From Pseudomonadota bacterium (lineage in GTDB: Bacteria; Pseudomonadota; Gammaproteobacteria; Pseudomonadales; UBA7434): a stretch of 64,000 nt of DNA. Shown in pieces: positions 31,315-38,607 of the stretch; within the stretch, counting starts at the first letter, position 1, and each line of letters opens with the position of its first letter. Under the pieces are notes generated by a model. It ran no database searches and was not told the DNA's origin. It saw only the letters and a program-made list of their open reading frames with translations. The stretch is from NCBI GenBank assembly GCA_036344075.1, contig JAYYUJ010000008.1, forward strand, positions 27,730 to 91,729, in the 5' to 3' direction. Position numbers and translations under genes: made by a program.

Positions 31315-32891
31315 TTAGATCTAAAATCTAAGGCCTGAGTATAGTCATAGCCTATGGAGACACCATTACGACCGGCTAGCAATGCGGGCGATTCGACTGA
31401 TAATCGAAAGTCATTATTTAATTGGTTAATAAACAAGGGGTCAGTATTTTTTTGCGAATCGACATCCGGCCTAGTGCTGAGCTGAGGATGAGATTCAACA
31501 TTTTGCCAATTATCCATATCTCGAAAAACATCTTCTAATGGGCCGCCTGCATCTAATCGCCAGCTCAGATAATCTGCTGGCGCAAAATATAAATTATAAT
31601 CACTGTACGCAATACTGTTTTCTAATGAAGAGTTTTCCGGCGACCGTGTCACCAATAGATTCACGTCAAATCCCTCTAAGGTTGGATGAAAGATATTATT
31701 AAATATCTCAACATTTTTTACCCCCGAAATATCAATCACAATCGAAGCAGTATCAATGAAATTATTATTGAATAAACAGAATGATTCTGACTGGTATTCA
31801 CTGCCTCCTAGATCAAGCAAAATCGCAGAATCCGCTTTTTCAGAGTCTTCAGGCATACGAAATAAATTACCCGACACATCTACAGACTTGAATAGCCCTG
31901 TTTTAATTTCATCATTTGCTGAGGTATCGCTTATTTGGTTATGGAAGTTAACGGGCTGTTTGACTTGCGTGAAATTATTATTATGTATTTGAATATTCGC
32001 TACGGGCTCTTCAATATTGAGCGAATACGCAGGACTACCCAACCCCTGCGCATTAATAATGACGCCACTGTCTAAATTGGTAAATGTATTACCATCGATC
32101 ACGATGTTAGACAAGCCGCGGCCAGTTCTAATCAATTCATTCTCTTCGTTGGATAACTGGCTAAAGACATCGCTAATTTCATTATTCCGAATGACTGTAT
32201 CACTGACCCCCATTAGCCGAATACCGCCAACATACTTTTCTCCATAAACGTGATGGATACGGTTGCCCTCTAAGGTGATATTGTTAGTTTCGCAGGCGCC
32301 GTTGACTGAACTACTTATGCCGGCCTCATTAACCTTTGTAATTTCGATATTACGTACAATGATGTGACTCACACAGTCTAACAGCAAGCCCAAGGTGATA
32401 TCATTCCTGTTACTCGCAAAGCTTTCTTGCTGCTGATTAATCACAGGCCGTGAAGTGACATCACCCTCAATAATAATAGGTGCAGAGATTGTGCCGCTGT
32501 TCGTTACCCGGTATCCGCGGAGTTTTTTTAAAAGAACGCCATCAGCATCGAATACCTGCTTAATAATATTATCAGTATGGTAAGGATGCCCTTCATTGTG
32601 TTGGACCACTAGCACATCGCCAGGTCTCAGTTGATCCAGTGCGTATTGAAGCGATTGAAAGGGCAAAGTGATGCCGTCGTTAGTATCGTCACCACTGACA
32701 TTATTGACGAATAATCTGGCGCCAGTTACCGGGCCGCCTGAATTCACTACGGTCTGTGTGCCGCCGCTGACATCGCCTCCACAACCACTCAAGATAACCG
32801 CAGGCAGGATTAAAGCTCCTATCATTAAGGCCCAAATAGCCTTTCTAAAACAAGTCTTGATTATTCGATAAATAGCAGATGGAGTCATCAC
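31296..32891 (-). CDS. Right-handed parallel beta-helix repeat lipoprotein
   Basis: The lipoprotein signal peptide carries the lipobox ILSGC. The N-terminal pattern is FVNNVSGDDTNDG..PFQSLQYALDQLRPGD. Recurring beta-helix-type repeats follow (GNRIHHV, RNNEISDV, DGNTFTNL, HNNNFTQV, FNNNFID). Confidence 0.8.
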   Translation of the reverse strand: MMTPSAIYRIIKTCFRKAIWALMIGALILPAVILSGCGGDVSGGTQTVVNSGGPVTGARLFVNNVSGDDTNDGITLPFQSLQYALDQLRPGDVLVVQHNEGHPYHTDNIIKQVFDADGVLLKKLRGYRVTNSGTISAPIIIEGDVTSRPVINQQQESFASNRNDITLGLLLDCVSHIIVRNIEITKVNEAGISSSVNGACETNNITLEGNRIHHVYGEKYVGGIRLMGVSDTVIRNNEISDVFSQLSNEENELIRTGRGLSNIVIDGNTFTNLDSGVIINAQGLGSPAYSLNIEEPVANIQIHNNNFTQVKQPVNFHNQISDTSANDEIKTGLFKSVDVSGNLFRMPEDSEKADSAILLDLGGSEYQSESFCLFNNNFIDTASIVIDISGVKNVEIFNNIFHPTLEGFDVNLLVTRSPENSSLENSIAYSDYNLYFAPADYLSWRLDAGGPLEDVFRDMDNWQNVESHPQLSTRPDVDSQKNTDPLFINQLNNDFRLSVESPALLAGRNGVSIGYDYTQALDFRSNCRALF

Positions 32892-32927
32892 AGTTTTTAA
32901 TGCCTGGCCTAATAAAGAGTAACGAAG

Positions 32928-33704
32928 CTACCTTACTATAGATTTACGCGTCTTCTCGTAGTAAGCAAAAATAAACAGTAAACTCGCTAATAGAAATAAT
33001 GCGCCATTCGGCATGGGAACAGCAACAGCCTCTGGCTCTGGCTCTGGCTCTGGCTGAGACGTGAGTGCATTAATGGCTTGAGCAAAGGCAGCCTCACTCA
33101 TTTGATAATTGAATGCAATTCGCACAGGCTCTGAGGTTAAGTGGGTCTCAATAGTGCCACCAGGTGTATCGGTCCCAAAAAACTCTATATCAATCATATA
33201 GGCGCCAATTGTAGGATCGCCTGAGCCTAGATTTTCGATAAAGAAATCTATGTGCTGGTGTAAAGAGCCATTGCCATTAATTTGAGCAATAGCGCCCAGT
33301 GGATTGCTAACGCCTGAGTCAGTGATGATCGAATAGGAATACACCACATCTCGAATTTTCACTCTTTCCTGATCAGCTACCTCGTTAACCCATGCTTGAC
33401 CATTCCAAAACCACAACGAGCCCACTACACGGTAGTAAAGAAAGCTATTTGGGCTAAAAGTGTTAGTCAATGACTGGAAACCAGGCTGATCAGTTTTATT
33501 TGGATCACTAAAAGATCCAAAAGTATTTGGAAATAAAGACTTTCCTGTTGTTAAGTCAGTGATGATAGGGATATTGGTTTCAGAATTTATTTCGCTTGCT
33601 GCCACCTGGTTATCAACCAATGTAAGCCATATGTCGGCATGTTGAGCATTACTTAACGGCACGAGGCTGACAAAAAATGCCATTGCAAACAATGAAATCT
33701 TCAT
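32928..33704 (-). CDS. Secreted protein, paralogue 2 of the unrecognised family, with (PE)4 linker and PEP-CTERM-like tail
   Basis: The signal peptide MKISLFAMAFFVSLVPLSNA/Q follows the ATG at 33704. Family motifs are present (NKTDQPGF, VGSLWFWNGQAW, LHQHIDF, GAYMIDI). The C-terminus is VPMPNGALFLLASLLFIFAYYEKTRK. The ORF-track extension to 33818 would translate through a terminator hairpin. Confidence 0.8.
   Translation of the reverse strand: MKISLFAMAFFVSLVPLSNAQHADIWLTLVDNQVAASEINSETNIPIITDLTTGKSLFPNTFGSFSDPNKTDQPGFQSLTNTFSPNSFLYYRVVGSLWFWNGQAWVNEVADQERVKIRDVVYSYSIITDSGVSNPLGAIAQINGNGSLHQHIDFFIENLGSGDPTIGAYMIDIEFFGTDTPGGTIETHLTSEPVRIAFNYQMSEAAFAQAINALTSQPEPEPEPEAVAVPMPNGALFLLASLLFIFAYYEKTRKSIVR
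33032..33055 (-). repeat. Hexanucleotide tandem repeat (CTGGCT)x4 encoding a (PE)n linker
   Basis: Four perfect tandem CTGGCT units read on the minus strand as QPEPEPEPEA, immediately before the C-terminal anchor of paralogue 2. Confidence 0.9.
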
Positions 33705-33750
33705 GAATTTGAGAAAATTTTTTGACACTTCTTTACCAATAGATTCAAGA

Positions 33751-33790
33751 AATAAAGAAAAAACCCGAAGCACAATACTTCGGGTTTTTA
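33751..33790 (-). terminator. Rho-independent terminator after the His-rich protein gene
   Basis: The minus strand reads AAACCCGAAG-tattgtg-CTTCGGGTTT followed by TTTTTCTTTATT: a 10-bp GC-containing stem with a T tract, about 45 nt after the TAG at 33834-33836. Confidence 0.8.
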
Positions 33791-33833
33791 TTCTAGCCGC
33801 AATCGCTAAAGAGATCACGCTTTCAAGGTGCTA

Positions 33834-34526
33834 CTAGGCTTTAAGACGGCGTCCTAGTAATAAAGAACCTAAACCAGAAGCTAGGAATAACCAAGCCGCT
33901 GGTATTGGAACTGCTGATACCGGACCAGCGTCGAAGGATGCCTCATCCATACCATTGTTAAAAACGATGAAGATAGATTCAGAAGACCAACCATTAGCTG
34001 ATGACAACGCTTGATCAGAGTAACCCTCGAGAATAAATTCAATTAAGAAGGCCTGGGCTGACGCACTTGGATCAATGAAAAATTCAAGGTGCTCATGAAC
34101 ACCACCTTCATCATCTGACATGCCAATTAGACCCAAAGAAAAAGGTTGTACTCCATAATCATGGCTTTCTAGTGTTAGTAAACTGTTAGTTGAGGCAGTC
34201 CAGCTAGAGCCATCCCATTCTTTGAGGTTGCTTTGCATATTGTAAGCAAGGTAATTGTATGCCCCAAATGGGCCATCTTCTAGAATAATACCAGGCTCAT
34301 CTGTCCCGTATGCACCAAGCTCGAAATCGTTAAAGTCTGCCTCAAATAATTTAGCTTCGCCTGCTAAAGCTTCGCCTGTTTCAACGTGTATTTCAAAGCC
34401 TGTCTCAGCTGCAGAAATAATATCGCCTCCATGACCTTCATGGCCGCCATGCCCATGATCGTCTTCTTCAGCATTTGCTGAAAAAGCCAATACAGAAAAC
34501 AGGCCTAGTAGAAGTAAATTTTTCAT
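33834..34526 (-). CDS. Secreted His-rich protein, paralogue 3 of the unrecognised family, with VPLPA-CTERM-like anchor
   Basis: The signal peptide is MKNLLLLGLFSVLAFSANA/EE. The mature N-terminus is EEDDHGHGGHEGHGGD. Family motifs are present (GTDEPG, VHEHLEF, AFLIEF, NNG). The C-terminus is VPIPAAWLFLASGLGSLLLGRRLKA. GGAGA sits upstream of the ATG. Confidence 0.85.
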   Translation of the reverse strand: MKNLLLLGLFSVLAFSANAEEDDHGHGGHEGHGGDIISAAETGFEIHVETGEALAGEAKLFEADFNDFELGAYGTDEPGIILEDGPFGAYNYLAYNMQSNLKEWDGSSWTASTNSLLTLESHDYGVQPFSLGLIGMSDDEGGVHEHLEFFIDPSASAQAFLIEFILEGYSDQALSSANGWSSESIFIVFNNGMDEASFDAGPVSAVPIPAAWLFLASGLGSLLLGRRLKA

Positions 34527-34587
34527 TTTATTGATTCTCCAGATTTTTTTGAGTAAATATTTTTAGTTTTTGTCAATCATAACTGGG

Positions 34588-34618
34588 AATGATACAACAT
34601 ATCATTTGGGTGTTTCAA
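34588..34618 (-). promoter_or_regulatory. Zur-box-like palindrome overlapping a sigma-70-type promoter of the His-rich protein gene
   Basis: The minus strand reads TTGAAA-(18 nt)-TATCAT. The dyad AATGATA-tgttg-TATCATT (34588-34606) covers the spacer and the -10. It matches about 16 of 21 positions of the gammaproteobacterial Zur consensus (AAATGTTATAnTATAACATTT) as I recall it. It lies 62-80 nt upstream of the ATG, and zur is the next gene upstream. Confidence 0.6.
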
Positions 34619-34747
34619 GCACAAATTGGCCAATTAATGATCTTTAAGAATCTTAAATCAAACACCCACCCATTAAGTTCGGGGCACTGAGACAAAAAAG
34701 CTAAGCTAAAGAAAAATATATTGGAGAAACTCAGCGGGAAAAATTGA

Positions 34748-35209
34748 TTATTTTTGACACTTGCCGCACAAACCGTGCAACTCAAGCTGTTGATTATGCA
34801 TTGAAAAACCGGATTTCAGTATATCAGCCCTCAACTGCTCCAAAGTATGCTTTTGGATTCCGGCCTCGGACACCGACTGACAATTATCACAAATAAGAAA
34901 TTGAGGTAAATCATGCGCATGATTGCAGTTGATGTGCTCGCAAGCCGTGTATTTATTAACCGAATTTAATCGGTGAGCGAGCGTTTCTTCAACCAGAAAA
35001 TTCAGCATGCGATAGGCCGACATCGCGGTAAGCGACTCACTGTATCGCGCATGATACAAGTCGATCAACTCATAGGCCGATACCGGTGATGGAGCCTCTA
35101 ATAGCAAGGCCAATGCTCGTTTACGTTTTACAGTCAACCTCACACCAGCATCGCGGCATATCAACTCGGCATTTTGCAAAGTCTTATCAGTTGCAGCGGA
35201 TTGATTCAT
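34748..35209 (-). CDS. zur: Zinc uptake regulator (Fur family)
   Basis: The 153-aa product is collinear with E. coli Zur (AE.IC...GVRLT..R...L.LL, SAY.L.DL, Y..C, FLICD.C, HGLCG.C), including the C-x-x-C pairs. Confidence 0.85.
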   Translation of the reverse strand: MNQSAATDKTLQNAELICRDAGVRLTVKRKRALALLLEAPSPVSAYELIDLYHARYSESLTAMSAYRMLNFLVEETLAHRLNSVNKYTACEHINCNHAHDLPQFLICDNCQSVSEAGIQKHTLEQLRADILKSGFSMHNQQLELHGLCGKCQK

Positions 35210-35331
35210 AGCAAAAAAGCACCCGAGATAAATTAATAGGCTTGTGATTAGGCTTTATCGAGTATACCTTTTTTTAGATATTTTGTTCAGCTAGCCGACT
35301 CTTTTATTATCGCTAAAGTCTATTCTTTAGG

Positions 35332-36216
35332 CTAGCCCTCTAAAAATTTCTCACGCAAACGAAGCAGTTCATCATCACTTAATCCCAAGCCTTGTCGAAA
35401 ATAATTATCAATAGAGCCGTATTGTGTTTTCATTTGATCTAGCGCCGCTAAGATAAAACTACGCTCAACGCCCAGTAAGGGGCGTATTTTTTCGGGATCG
35501 GTTCTAAATAAAGAGCCTAGCCTAATCATCCAAATATATTTATTGATTTTGTCTTCGGTATAAACATTGGTTAACATAAAATCATTAATGACGGTTTCTT
35601 CAGGCACACCTAAAGCTAATAAGATGATCGCGGCGCCAAAACCTGCTCGGTCTTTGCCACCTGTGCAATGTGCCACGCTCGGGATATTTTCATCATCGAG
35701 CAAACTTTTTAAATATGGACCATAAACGGGTTGCTGTGAAGAGACAAAGGCACGGTTCGCGTTTTCCATCAACTCAATCGCATTTAAATCGTCAATATCT
35801 CCCGAAGAGATCTTATCAAATAATTCTTTAACTGCGGTGCCCTCGACATCAATTTCACGTTCCACGTATTGAATACCAGCGGGAATGCGATCGGGGTCTT
35901 CGGCTTTTTCAAACGGGGTACGAAAATCGACTATCTGTTTGACATTCAAGCGTTGTATAAACGCTAGGTCTTGATCGCTTAAGTCGGCCAAGCTGTCTGA
36001 GCGATATAACATGCCCCACTTGACGGTTTTACCATCATGCGTTTGATACCCCCCTAAATCGCGAAAGTTTTCAGCACCGTCCATTGCCAGCTTGCGGTAG
36101 GCTTCTCGCTGATCGGAAGCAACATCGATAGGTCTGACACGCTGATCTGCCGGATCGATTGAATCCCCACAGGCTAATAAAAAAGTCAGCGTTAACAGTG
36201 TAAAAATATACTTCAT
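35332..36216 (-). CDS. Protein-tyrosine-phosphatase-like lipoprotein (Y_phosphatase3-type)
   Basis: It has a lipoprotein signal (LTFLLACGD), the active-site loop HCTGGKDRAG (C-X5-R), and the upstream pattern NFRDLGG typical of this family. Confidence 0.65.
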   Translation of the reverse strand: MKYIFTLLTLTFLLACGDSIDPADQRVRPIDVASDQREAYRKLAMDGAENFRDLGGYQTHDGKTVKWGMLYRSDSLADLSDQDLAFIQRLNVKQIVDFRTPFEKAEDPDRIPAGIQYVEREIDVEGTAVKELFDKISSGDIDDLNAIELMENANRAFVSSQQPVYGPYLKSLLDDENIPSVAHCTGGKDRAGFGAAIILLALGVPEETVINDFMLTNVYTEDKINKYIWMIRLGSLFRTDPEKIRPLLGVERSFILAALDQMKTQYGSIDNYFRQGLGLSDDELLRLREKFLEG

Positions 36217-36261
36217 TGTGTTTCTTCCTTTTTATATTCTTCAACATTCAGCGGTTGATAC

Positions 36262-37458
36262 TTAGCTTAATATACCTGCCGCTCGTAGCGCTTCAATATC
36301 GTCAGCCAAACCCAGCTCATGCATGATTTCATCATTGTGTTGACCAAGCGATGGGCTAGAAAACCCCACTCCCGCTGGTGTGCCTTCAAATTGTGCCGCC
36401 ATGCGCGGCTCACGAATCTTGCCCGCAATAGGATGCTCACTGCTAACAAAGGTACCGTTAGCAATCATCTGCGGATGCTCAGGCAAATCTTTAATATCCA
36501 TTGCTTTAGCGCAGGGCACGTCGTTAGCGATCATGGCAGCAATCGCTTCATCCACATCGATCTTCGCCGCATTGGCATAGACTTTTTGTATCACCTCTGC
36601 CACCACCTCTTTATTTGCGGCGCGATCGATAATGGTTTCAACGCGAGGCTCAGCGTGCGAATCAACATCAAATGCGGCGCAGAGCCCATGAAACTCAACA
36701 TCGGATACAGGTGCTGACTGTCCATAACCGTTAGCGAACTTCATCAGCTTAACGCCCTTGGCAACCTGTTGCCCCAACTCTGCCTCAGGCTCTAAGAAAG
36801 TCGCTTTTTCAGAGGCATCCATCCATAAAAAATGCACCATGCTATCGACCATATTTAATCGGATATGTTGGCCACCGCGACCCATCGCTCTGGCAAATAA
36901 TGCCGAACTAGCAGCCATTGATACATTCATGCCCGTCATCTTGTCAGCAATCGCTTGATAACATTGCATTGGCTCACCCGTCTCAGCATCGGCTTGATTA
37001 TAAGTGACGCCCGAAAAAGCCTGTACAACATTATCATAGGCGCGGCGATGAGCATCGGGGCCTTCATGACCAAAGCCGTAAACCGAGATATAAATAAGCT
37101 TAGGGTTAATTGCAATTAAATCATCATAACTAATACCTAAGCGTTCAACGACACCAACTCTAAAATTATGTATAACCACATCCGCATCAGCGACCAGTTT
37201 TAAAAAAACTGCAAGACCTTTTTCCTGCTTTAAGTCAATCGCTAAACCTCGCTTACCGCGATTCGCCATATGAAACATAGCAGTGACACCACGGCAGCTT
37301 GAGCCGATATAACGCATCACATCCCCAATCCCTGGTGCTTCAACCTTAATGACTTCTGCCCCTTGGTCGGCCATCATGGCACTGCCAAAAGGAGCCGCTA
37401 TGGCGGTCGATAAATCGAGCACTTTAATACCTTGAAGTGGCCCTTGACTAGTGTCCAT
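36262..37458 (-). CDS. Family III CoA-transferase (CaiB/BaiF type)
   Basis: The 398-aa product has the N-terminus GPLQGIKVLDLS....AAPF...MADQGAEVIKVE and NFR.GV.ERLG, characteristic of the family. Confidence 0.8.
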   Translation of the reverse strand: MDTSQGPLQGIKVLDLSTAIAAPFGSAMMADQGAEVIKVEAPGIGDVMRYIGSSCRGVTAMFHMANRGKRGLAIDLKQEKGLAVFLKLVADADVVIHNFRVGVVERLGISYDDLIAINPKLIYISVYGFGHEGPDAHRRAYDNVVQAFSGVTYNQADAETGEPMQCYQAIADKMTGMNVSMAASSALFARAMGRGGQHIRLNMVDSMVHFLWMDASEKATFLEPEAELGQQVAKGVKLMKFANGYGQSAPVSDVEFHGLCAAFDVDSHAEPRVETIIDRAANKEVVAEVIQKVYANAAKIDVDEAIAAMIANDVPCAKAMDIKDLPEHPQMIANGTFVSSEHPIAGKIREPRMAAQFEGTPAGVGFSSPSLGQHNDEIMHELGLADDIEALRAAGILS

Positions 37459-37476
37459 ATACTTCCCTCAGCTAGT

Positions 37477-38607
37477 TTATTCAGTAAATTGTTTATTCGA
37501 TCGCCGCCGACCGCCTGGACCGCTGTAGGCCATGGTATAGTCCGGTTCTGGATTAAATCTAACTGGATTAATCGACGTGATTGCACTATCCCAAGCATTA
37601 ATCAACTGGTCTTCAGCGCAGTAATCAAATGGGTCTTGCAAGGCTTTAACCTGCCAGTCATCGGCTGCGAAGGGATTTTTAAGAAGCCAATGCGCAGTTT
37701 TTATTAATCCCTCTTGGGGCGTCACTTTATCGGCATAAGCCAATCGTTGTTGTAGCTTACTGATATCCATCAATCGATGCGTGGTTGTCGGCTGCATCAT
37801 TAAAGGCTTAGCCGATTTAGCCAGTTCATAGGGCATTGAAACAATACGCCATTGATGAGCTAAACCTTCAGCGATCACTTCGACCATCTGACGTAGCGTT
37901 AAGGTTTGACTGTCACCGCAATTAAAAATTTGGCCGCGTGCCGCCTCCGGTTGGTCGACAGCTAATAAAATCGCATGGGCTAAATTCTCCGCATAACCCA
38001 TGCTAAGTAACGACAAACCATCGTCAGGTAAAATAATGTGCGGTCTCTTATCAATAATACGTTTAACAATACACCACTCCCTGGGCAACGCCTGATAAGG
38101 ACCATAAACAATCGGATAGCGAAAATGCGTCGCATGCGGTAAGGCTTCAAATACTGCACGTTCAGTTTTGACAATACGGTAACCTTTTTCGTCCTGCTCT
38201 ACCGTTGACACCAATTCAGCCTCCTCATCTGTTGGTACGACTAAGCCTTCGGGCACATGCAGACGAGGGTTCATATACCCTAAGTAGCAAGGTTGTCCGC
38301 CAATCGAAATAAAGGCGTCGCAACGCTCACGCATTAAATCGGCAATGACGCGCAAGCGACCATAGGCGGCGATGCATAAAGTGAACCGCCTTTCGGCTAA
38401 GGCATCGGTTAAGCAATTTTGATCGTAAGGGTTAGTATGAATATGTTCGACGCTAGAAGGGATTTCAGCCACTTCATGATTGCCAGTATGTAAGATGGCC
38501 ACTCGATAACCACGGGCCAATAAGCCGTTAACAATGAAATGTCCGGTGGGTCCAGTGCCGCCAATAACCAAGGCGGTTAAGACTTCTGGGGCTTGATGTG
38601 ATGACAC
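37477..38607 (-). CDS. NAD-dependent epimerase/dehydratase-family (SDR, extended) protein
   Basis: It has an N-terminal Rossmann motif VIGGTGPTGHFIV. The 376-aa product has a C-terminal extension. Substrate is unknown. Confidence 0.6.
   Translation of the reverse strand: MSSHQAPEVLTALVIGGTGPTGHFIVNGLLARGYRVAILHTGNHEVAEIPSSVEHIHTNPYDQNCLTDALAERRFTLCIAAYGRLRVIADLMRERCDAFISIGGQPCYLGYMNPRLHVPEGLVVPTDEEAELVSTVEQDEKGYRIVKTERAVFEALPHATHFRYPIVYGPYQALPREWCIVKRIIDKRPHIILPDDGLSLLSMGYAENLAHAILLAVDQPEAARGQIFNCGDSQTLTLRQMVEVIAEGLAHQWRIVSMPYELAKSAKPLMMQPTTTHRLMDISKLQQRLAYADKVTPQEGLIKTAHWLLKNPFAADDWQVKALQDPFDYCAEDQLINAWDSAITSINPVRFNPEPDYTMAYSGPGGRRRSNKQFTE

Noticed and set aside
33705-33818. The ORF track gives paralogue 2 an N-terminal extension (start at 33818).
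   Set aside because: The extension would be translated through the terminator hairpin of the upstream gene. A clean signal peptide begins at the internal ATG at 33704.
34644-34656. A perfect palindrome TTAAGA-A-TCTTAA lies between the zur stop and the Zur-box promoter, with the nearby TTGGCCAA (34626-34633).
   Set aside because: These are short AT-rich palindromes expected by chance in AT-rich intergenic DNA. They are not Fur-family-like and do not form a terminator.
36267-36958. Several 65-132-aa ORFs on both strands lie within the CoA-transferase gene.
   Set aside because: These are shadow ORFs inside a well-supported 398-aa CDS, and none has a recognisable motif.
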